Source of the DNA: Eledone cirrhosa
Lineage: Eukaryota
Length of the DNA: 64,000 nt
Direction: 5' to 3'
NCBI GenBank assembly: GCA_964016885.1
Contig: OZ024751.1
Location: forward strand, 27,032,001 to 27,096,000
This document shows, in pieces, positions 53,881 through 64,000 of the stretch. The notes under the pieces were generated by a model. It did not search any database. It saw only the letters and a list, made by a program, of their open reading frames with translations, and was not told the DNA's origin. How positions within the stretch are numbered: position 1 is the stretch's first letter; every line of letters begins with the position of its first letter. Both the position numbers and the translations under genes were made by a program.

Positions 53881-56619
53881 CTATAAAACATAATCCTCAT
53901 CATTTAGTAGGTACCAAAGACACTTAACTGTCAACAGTCAACCTAGCTGTAAATAGATACCAGATTGTGGTATGATTCACTGGATCAACATAATCAATTG
54001 TCAACAGTCCACCTAGCTGTAAGTAGGTACCACATTGTGGTATAATTCACTGTACTGTGTCCATGACTACTCAACTGTCAACAGTTGTATGATATAATTC
54101 ACTGGACTGTGGTCATGAGCAAAATAATCAAATATCCACCTAGCTGTAAGTAGGTACCACAGTGTGATATAATTCATTGGACAGCTGTCAGTAGCCTAGT
54201 CAACTTAGCTCTAATGCATTGCAGCACTAATAGACCATAATAGACCAGTAATAGACTGAGAATAGTAGTCTCTCTTATGAGATCTTGGAAATAAACACCA
54301 GTCTCAAGATACCTTCATTTTGGTTTTAGTTTTTGTTATTACTGTTTGGCCCCTAAGTAGTCCTTATTGAGTTGGCATATTATCAGACATCTAAACATCA
54401 TCAACACATCATTTTAAGGTTATCAAGAACTACACTTCCTGTATTTCCATCTTTTCAAGATGGTCAGATATGATTTGATGGATGATACTTTAACAAGTTG
54501 AGCAGCCATGTAGAAGCTTGCTAATTATCATGTTCAGATTTAGTTGTCTCTCTTGGTAGAGTTATTAGAATGTTGGATAGAAAGCTTTGCAGTACTTTGG
54601 TCCTGCTATCAATGTTCTGAACTCCCACTGAGATCAACATTACCTTTCTTTCAAAGTTGTAAAGTACCAGTTCGATATTGTTTGACACTGCCTCTATATC
54701 TCTTTCTTATTTCCTATCTCCCTCTAATACATATATTCTCTGGAAAAAAAATTGCTGTGTTCAGACCTGGAAAGAGATGGGTTCCATGAAGTTTATATGC
54801 CCAAGACACTCTGCATATCAGAATGGTGCTCCTACAACTGAATCAGGAGTTAAGGATCCATGGATGAATGGTATGGATATGTCTGTTAACCCCAGAAAAG
54901 TCCATTCTATCAACACTATCATTTAAGAGGTCTCCTTTGGCATGAGACATGACCTCTATGTGTGGGCCACAGTTCTGATTATCTCTGTTGGCACCAGAAA
55001 ATACCATTATATGAATACTACTGCTCAGTTCATCTCTATTGGCACCAGAAATAGATCTGCATGTAAGAACTACAAGCTTTGTCTTTGTTGTGGACACAGC
55101 ATGGTCAAATGGTTAAGAAGTTTAATTCACAATTCTTAAGTCCTAGGTTTGATCCTGCTGTGTTAGATCTTAAGGTTTGATCCTGCTGTGTTACATCTTA
55201 AGGTTTGATCCTGCTGTGTTAGATCTTAAGGTTTGATCCTGCTATGTTACATCTTAGGAAAGTGCCTTGGATCAATTCAAGCCTTGTAAGCAAAACTGGA
55301 AGCCTGTTTAGAAGCCTGTTGGGTGGACTGTTCCTGTAACTTAAAGGGTCAGCCTTGTCACACTCTGTCGTACTGAATGGCCTTGAGAATTATATTAAGG
55401 GTACATGTGACTGTTAATTTCATGAGCTCTGTTGATTGAACAATTCTAACAGTCATCATTGAAACTGACAGAGGTTCATTCCATTTCATTTTATTCCAGT
55501 TGTCTCTATTGGCACCAGAAAAGACCATTATGTGAGAACTAAAGCTCAGTTCATTTTTGTTGATACCAGAAAATGCCTCATTAACTTGAGTTGCTGAGAC
55601 TAGAGAGAGGACATAGAATTTATATGACAACAGGGCACCTAGAACAGGCTGAACCATTTTTATGTTGATCAATATTCTAGGAGAGCCTTGCTTTTGTGGA
55701 ACATTCATTTCTATTAATGAGTATCTAATGAAACTATTTTCTAGTTAAATTACTGTCTAGCTCAACCACAGTTGAAATCAATATCTAGTTGAATCACAAT
55801 CTGATTGATCCACTCTTTAGTTGATGTGCAACATATTTGAAATTAAGTTTACTTAATTAGATGTACAGTTAAACTTCTATCTTGTTGATCCAATATCTTA
55901 TTTTGTTCAACACATTTTCATTAATTCACAACATAGTTGAACCACACCTAGTGGATCCGTGACTAATTGATCCATGACCTCATTGAAGCACTATCTTGTA
56001 GATCTACTACATCATTGATCCCCCACCTCATTCAACCACAATCTAGGTGATCAACCACCTAGTTGAACCACAATCAAATTGATCAACTACATTATCGATT
56101 CACTACCTAGTTGAAATGAATGTAGTTGATTTACTACATAATTGATCCACTACCTAACTGAACCACAATCCAGTTGAGATCCTTACTAGTTGAGCCATTA
56201 CTTAACTGAACCACAATCTAATTGATCCACAACCAGTTGATACCACATTTGGATGAACAACTATCAAACTCTACTGTTTAATAACAGATTTCAACCTTAT
56301 TGATCAACTGCTGAATCTCAACCTATTGAAGCAGTATATAGTTAAACCTCTATCTAGTAGAACACATATCTTATTGAACCATTATTGAGTCTCAGCAGTA
56401 TATCTGGTTGATTGATCGTCTAGTTGATTCACAATTTAGTTGATCAATTATACAGTTGATATGCTATATAGTTACTACTATTCATTTTATAAATACTTCA
56501 AGTAAAGATACAATTAATTTTAAATAGTTTACTGAAAAAATATTTCATTCTTTTGTCTCCAACAAGAGTGATTTGAATGTCATGGAGCATTAAATATTCG
56601 TTATCCTAATATCTCTATG

Positions 56620-56703
<84 letters not shown>

Positions 56704-56810
56704 TCATAATCATTTCACTTGCACATTTCCATGCTGACAGCTCCAGCCATAAAATTAAACACACATACACAAATAGGAAGAAACTTGTGTGTATATGTGT
56801 GTGTTTGTAT

Positions 56811-56872
<62 letters not shown>

Positions 56873-57304
56873 CAATAATATTCTTCTATATATAATCTAT
56901 TATATATATATATAATATATATATATGTATATGTATATATACATACATATCTATATATGTATGTATGTATATATATCTGCTTAAAATGATGATGATATAT
57001 ATATATATACTTATTTACTAATATTCTATAATAGTATTTTATAGAAAACTGACTACCATTAAATTCACTTTATTCTATTTGACAAAAATTCTAATTATTT
57101 ATTTTCCTTCCTAAATATAATTGACTAATAATAAATTCATATATATGATATATATGTGTGGTGTGTGTGTATCATATATATATGTGTGTGTGTGTAGTGT
57201 GTATTATATATATGTGTGTGTGTATATATATATATGGGGTTGAGAAAGGAGTACTCAATATTGAACTAGAGTTTTGATATTCATTTATATATATATATAT
57301 GTAT

Positions 57305-57410
<106 letters not shown>

Positions 57411-57536
57411 ATATAAATATATTTATTTATTTATTTATTTCAATAATTTCCAATTATGTTTTAGAAAAAATATTAATTTCATATTTTGTTTTAAAAGGAA
57501 TATTTTTACGGTAATATTAATATAAACAACAACAAC

Positions 57537-57599
<63 letters not shown>

Positions 57600-58698
57600 A
57601 ATATTGAAAATATAAGAATGTAATTTGCAGCTCCACAGGGATAGTTGGTTCATTTGGTTTTGTGCCACTCCTTGATAAATATGGGTCCCAATCTTTTTCC
57701 CCTTCTTCCTTGATAATTCATACTTTATTTCAGCGGAGATTACCCTCAATATATCAAACACAGATAAAAGCTATTTTGCACAATTTCAATTTAATAAATA
57801 CACCAAAAGGTTTCTCTCACTTCTTCATTTTCCTTTGACATTTATTTGCAAAAGAAAACAGCAAACAAATGTAATAGTAATAAACCAGAAGACATTACTG
57901 TTATAAGAAACACAATTAGATTTGATTCAATAATTAACCTTCAGTACGCTGAATTTTTTAATGAATTGCTTCCCTTGACATTGCATTATGTATTAAGGGG
58001 AGATTACTCCTCTTGTCAGAATTTGTCACTGATAGCATGCTGAAGGTTAACTATCTTTACCTCTTTCTTTTGCTTTGTTTTATTTTGTTTTATTTTTAAC
58101 CCTTTTGTTATATCCTCATCAATGACTAGGCCCAAGATATTCAAGAATTTGAATGGACTTGTTAATATAATTCACCTTCACATTGTTAAGCTAGTTTTCT
58201 GTACATAACAAAGGTTGTCACATGTAATCATGATAAAAGGTTTTCAAATACAAACAATTTAAGATACCAGCGTTGCATCATAGAATCTGGAGCAGTTTCG
58301 GGTGGTTTCATATCAAAAGTGTTAAGAAATACAGATTTGTATGGTTGGTGATGTATCTTTTTTCATTTTGTTTATTTATATATTTGAAAGTATGTTTAGA
58401 AGGCAGTGAGTGAAGTTTGAAATTGAAATAGAAGCTTCGCTGTAATTTTTTACTAAATAATATTATATTGGAGCATATACACCCACTGATACCTATCTTT
58501 TCCATTCAGTTGGTTTATACGCCCCATTATTAGACTATAATATCTAGTCAAAATATTATGGTAAAGCTGATATTTATATTTAATATATATATTGAGGCTT
58601 GGCCTACCCTGCTGCATTGAAACGTTCAGAGAGTAAAATAATGTTGCAAATCTTAACAGGTTATTCATTGTTATTTTATTAAATATATATATATAGAC

Positions 58699-58776
<78 letters not shown>

Positions 58777-59749
58777 TGTGTAAGTAGTAGACGGTTTGGC
58801 AGTATAACCATAGCAACTATTACAAAATAATCAGCTTTGTTTTAAGAAAATTCTTCAATCAGAACGTAACAGCTAGCATGGCTATAGATCATAATATGAC
58901 CACTACTACAACTACTACCTCTACAACAACCACCACCACCACCACCTCCACCACCACTACTATGAAAGGCATTGATGATGATGATGGTGATGATGGAGGA
59001 GGAGGAAGAGGGGGATAAGAAAAGAGACAATAGTGTCACCAATTGTTGAAAGTGACAGTGGAACTCAGACAAAGAACAATTGCAGAAATGTTTCATTTCC
59101 ATTCCACTTTCCTGAAAGTTCTATAGAGAATTATACGGAGATGGAAAATAAACTATTTAGACAAACAGAAGCTTCTCTTATTTTGTTTATGTAGTTTTTA
59201 TTTTTTAGTAAAGCTCTCAATACAGTTTCAACTGCGGAAGGAAGTGTTAGCATCAGTATCTGATTTCCTGAAAGACTGAACTCAAATGGTGACAATTATA
59301 TAGAATCAGACATATTCCTCAGCTATACAAACAACACTAAAAGGATCCTAGAGATCAAGATAAACGTAGACACTTATGTACTCTCCAACAAGACTTGGAT
59401 GTTATATATGGTCAGGTGAATCATTATAACAAGCTGTTTAACCCTTTTGTTGTCACATTTCTAATGAAATACACTCTTATTTCAATAAATTAATGAGGAA
59501 TTCAGAGGGAGTTACTAAAATTAATAATCATATCATTAGTAAGATAGTATATGTAACTTAACAAAAGGTATTTAGATGAAACATACCTCTATATCTGGCC
59601 TTCATTTCAATTTCAATGATAATGTTGTTTGTTATTCTTTTTTTAGGTGATATTAGAAACATTGAAGTTAGGGATACATTTGAAAACCCAAGAATACAAA
59701 TGACATAAAATGGTTTTATTCAAATTTGTTATCCTATATATATATGTGT

Positions 59750-59790
<41 letters not shown>

Positions 59791-59870
59791 GTGTGTGTGT
59801 GTTGTGTGTTGTGTGTGTGTGTTGTCTGTTGTGTGTGTGTGGTATGTGGTGTGTGGTTTGTGTGTGTGTG

Positions 59871-59923
<53 letters not shown>

Positions 59924-60794
59924 TGTGTGTGTGTGTGTGTATTTTTATTGAGATTAAATAATGAGTCTTGTTACTCAGGAGTTTTGCCTGTTTATCACGT
60001 CTGCATCATTAAGAGACCATATGTGGCTTGCCAGCTTCATGGAAGATCACTTATCCAAGTGTCTAAAAGTCGTTTGATAGTTAAGGAAGTGTTCTTTAAA
60101 CTGACTCTCCACCATACCCACATATGTTTTGACCTCCTGTTGTTGGTTTGGTAGATGTAACTTCAGCTTCATAGACTATTGAGGGTATGTTACACTGTTG
60201 TTGAAGGGGCATGTTTCTGATCTTCTGCAAGAGCATCCAGGTAGGATTGAGCTCTTGGGGTTGATGAAGATCGTTTTCCTACTCATTCAATGCTTTAATT
60301 AAGCCAGTATCATTAAGATACCAACCAAAAGGAAAGAACAGTGCACACTAATACATTAAATAGTGAGAAAAATGATTTTATGTGGGTAGAGAGTTTGATT
60401 CTCTGGTCCCAGACAATATGTGTGTGTGTGTGTGTGTTGAACAGTAAAAATAAAACAAAAGTCAAAGATATGTTCTTAATTAGTTCCCTTACGATTGTTT
60501 CAGAGGGTTGATTGATCACGGTAGATCAATATATTGAATATAGCGGTTATATCACCACATCTTTCTAGTTTCAATATCTTAGATCCATCTCATTGACTTC
60601 CTCAGACAATGTACGTCAATACTCATCTTTTTGCATTTCTCCGAGGGTTCTTAACCCCACTATCAGGCTAAATAATTTCTTTTATTTCTTTAGTCAAAAT
60701 ACTGCGATAGTTTATATTTATAATTTATATATATATATATATATATATATCATATATATATCATATATATACTATATATATATATATAAATATG

Positions 60795-60872
<78 letters not shown>

Positions 60873-61469
60873 TTCATATATATATATATGACTCTTTAGC
60901 TTGATTAGAAACTTCAATGAAACCTTATGTGATGAAAGCCTACTACAAAAACTATAGTTTTCACGGCATGATCTCATTGAAATCATCTCTTCAAGACTCC
61001 ATGGAGTTCTAACAATGTTATTGTCCCTACCATAAACTGGTGGATACCAGTATATATATATCATCACCGTTTAATATCCCTTTTCCCACACTAACATTAT
61101 ATATATAAAGTCTGCGATGCTGAAACTGGGGAGACCACAAATCAGAGTAGTACTCTATGTATGGCAAGAAGCAGAGTGGGTATAAAGGAAGGTAAAACCC
61201 CAACTATGATGCCAAGCGCTACCTGGGAATAAACTTGCCAAATACTAGCTGAAACTGCGAGGCATAGCAGTCGTTTTTTTTTATATATATATATATCATC
61301 ATCATCATCATCACCTTCATGATTGTTTAATGTCCATTTTCCATGCTAGCATGGGTTAGACAGGTTGTCCCATCAGGTGACCGTGTCTTGATCATAGAGA
61401 ACTGTTTCTGGCTTGGTTTCTACAGCTGGATGTCATTCCTAACACCAACAACATTTACAGTGTGGACTA

Positions 61470-62030
61470 GGTACTTTTGTTGTGACACCTACACAACCAC
61501 TTTACAGAGTGGGTTGGGTACTTTTGTCGTGACACCTACACAACCACTTTACAGTGTGGGTTGGGTACTTTTGTCGTGACACCTACACAACCACTTTACA
61601 GTGTGGGTTGGGTGCTTTTGTCGTGACACCTACACAACCACTTTACAGTGTGGGTTGGGTGCTTTTGTCGTGACACCTACACAACCACTTTACAGTGTGG
61701 GCTGGATGCTTTTGTCGTGACACCTACATGACCACTTTGCAGTGTGTGCTGGGTGCTTTTGTCGTGACACCTACACAACCACTTTGCAGTGTGGGTTGGA
61801 TGCTTTTGTCGTGACACCTACATGACCACTTTGCAGTGTGTGCTGGGTGCTTTTGTCATGACACCTACACAACCACTTTGCAGTTTGGGTTGGATGCTTT
61901 TGTCGTGACACCTACATGACCACTTTGCAGTGTGTGCTGGGTGCTTTTGTCATGACACCTACACAACCACTTTGCAGTGTGGGTTGGGTGCTTTTGTCGT
62001 GACACCTACACAACCACTTTACAATGTGGG
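61470..62030. repeat. 47-bp minisatellite expanded from a SINE segment
   Basis: ttttgtcgtgacacctacacaaccactttacagtgtgggttgggtac, contiguous with the SINE at 61300-61470. Confidence 0.9.
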
Positions 62031-62159
62031 CTGGATGCTGTTTTGTTGTAAAACATAACTTTACAGTGTAAGAAAGGTGTGGACAGAAGTGGGTGGGTAA
62101 ATATAGTGGTTAAGAGGTGCCTACAAGATGTATGTTTGAGTCCGTGCACATTGGAAGGC

Positions 62160-62585
62160 ATGACTCCTGTATAATGCCAAAGATTTCGATCCTGTGTCAT
62201 TGTCTTAGGAGGTGCAATTGCACAAGGTCACCTCATCCCATGTCTTTCTGGGTCTTCCTACACCATAGCTTCCACCAACTTTGATCACCCTGCACTTTTT
62301 TATACAGCTGTCATCCTTCATATGCATCATGTGACCAAACCAATACAATCTCCTCTCCCCACACTGCATCTAATCCCCCTAATGCCTAATTTCTATCTCA
62401 GTTCATTTACGCTTTACCATTCATGTATATTACTATTACACATCCATCGGAGCATGCAGGCTTCATTTCTTTCCAATCTTTGCAGGTCCTCAGCACACAG
62501 TGCCTAGGTCTCACTACCATGTAACATTGCTGTTCATATACATGTATCGTACAATCTGCCCTTCAATTTAAGGGAAAAACCTTTT
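62160..62585 (-). pseudogene. RTE LINE 3' fragment
   Basis: Reverse complement resembles the RTE C-terminus (gtaggaagacccagaaagacatggg = GRPRKTW). Confidence 0.65.
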
Positions 62586-62614
62586 ACATATATATATATA
62601 TATATATATATATA

Positions 62615-62797
62615 ACGAAGGAAATGTGGTGAGGAACCAGGTGGACCATAACGCACCAAAGTACTCAATACTTAGGGTAGTAGAGTGGGTAATAGGAACG
62701 AGTAGGACCCCGACGGCTGAGCTCAAGCCGTTTCGACGGCTAATTCTAGCCGTCGAAACGGCTTGAGCTCAGCCGTCGGGGTCCTACTCGCTCCTAT
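62615..62797 (-). mobile_element. Fold-back element, same family
   Basis: 51-bp arms (62692-62742 and 62747-62797), 4-nt loop, one mismatch; (TA)n on both sides. Confidence 0.8.
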
Positions 62798-62839
62798 ATA
62801 TATATATATAAACGATGATGATGATATATATGTCTACAC

Positions 62840-62879
<40 letters not shown>

Positions 62880-62976
62880 AGACAAGGTAGACAATAAGAT
62901 ATATCTAAGTTAAAGTGAGTTGACTGTAATCATACAATACAGCTGCTTAGATAGTTACACACAGTGTTGGTGCAAC

Positions 62977-64000
62977 AGTAGTAACTATACAGCAACTAAT
63001 AGCTTATAGTACTATACAGTAGTAACTATACAGCAACTAATAGCTTATAGTACTATACAGTAGTAACTATACAGCAACTAATAGCTTATAGTACTATACA
63101 GTAGTAACTATACAGCAACTAATAGCTTATAGTACTATACAGTAGTAACTATACAGCAACTAATAGCTTATAGTACTATACAGTAGTAACTATACAGCAA
63201 CTAATAGCTTATAGTACTATACAGTAGTAACTATACAGCAACTAATAGCTTATAGTACTATACAGTAGTAACTATACAGCAACTAATAGCTTATAGTACT
63301 ATACAGTAGTAACTATACAGCAACTAATAGCTTATAGTACTATACAGTAGTAACTATACAGCAACTAATAGCTTATAGTACTATACAGTAGTAACTATAC
63401 AGCAACTAATATCTTATAGTACTATACAGTAGTAACTATACAGCAACTAATAACTTATAGTACTATACAGTAGTAACTATACAGCAACTAATATCTTATA
63501 GTACTATACAGTAGTAACTATACAGCAACTAATAGCTTATAGTACTATACAGTAGTAACTATACAGCAACTAATAGCTTATAGTACTATACAGTAGTAAC
63601 TATACAGCAACTAATAGCTTATAGTACTATACAGTAGTAACTATACAGCAACTAATATCTTATAGTACTATACAGTAGTAACTATACAGCAACTAATAGC
63701 TTATAGTACTATACAGTAGTAACTATACAGCAACTAATAGCTTATAGTACTATACAGTAGTAACTATACAGCAACTAATAGCTTATAGTACTATACAGTA
63801 GTAACTATACAGCAACTAATAACTTATAGTACTATACAGTAGTAACTATACAGCAACTAATATCTTATAGTACTATACAGTAGTAACTATACAGCAACTA
63901 ATAGCTTATAGTACTATACAGTAGTAACTATACAGCAACTAATAGCTTATAGTACTATACAGTAGTAACTATACAGCAACTAATAGCTTATAGTACTATA
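62977..64000. repeat. 41-bp minisatellite running off the window
   Basis: gtagtaactatacagcaactaatagcttatagtactataca. Confidence 0.95.

Noticed and set aside
57600-57761. Short ORF MFDILRVISAEIK...
   Set aside because: No homology recognised and no clear splice boundaries.
58842-59111. Possible upstream exon (ESGMEMKHFCNCSLSEFHC)
   Set aside because: Acceptor is plausible, but there is no zinc-finger spacing match or clear donor and it runs into microsatellites.
60555-61000. Several partial hammerhead-like cores on the minus strand
   Set aside because: Each lacks a valid NUH or stem I; cannot be supported without family alignment.

Overview
AT-rich, repeat-dense animal genomic DNA; the SINE/RTE families and long (TA)n tracts suggest an octopus, which is inference. 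One minus-strand multi-exon gene crosses the window and extends beyond both ends. Six candidate exons with GT-AG boundaries encode part of a large presynaptic active-zone scaffold of the RIM/Fife/Clarinet/Piccolo type: the end of a RIM-like zinc finger, a polyQ/H exon, a 2975-nt Ser/Thr/Pro-rich exon with a Piccolo/Bassoon-like LSPI-D-SP motif, and RxLPxxP motifs. The introns hold RTE and CR1 LINE relics, SINEs, a mariner relic, a non-autonomous Helitron, over a dozen unrelated minisatellites and large microsatellites. The most notable hidden signal is a set of sequence-diverse, non-coding fold-back elements associated with (TA)n tracts. They share one architecture: an inverted partial copy, then a sense copy with a minimal type I hammerhead ribozyme, then a short 3' tail with an (A/G)CTC...GAG(T/C)(A/G)C motif. 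This resembles Penelope-like element pLTR ends or retrozyme-like derivatives. All structures were read by eye; most ORF-track entries are microsatellite artefacts.
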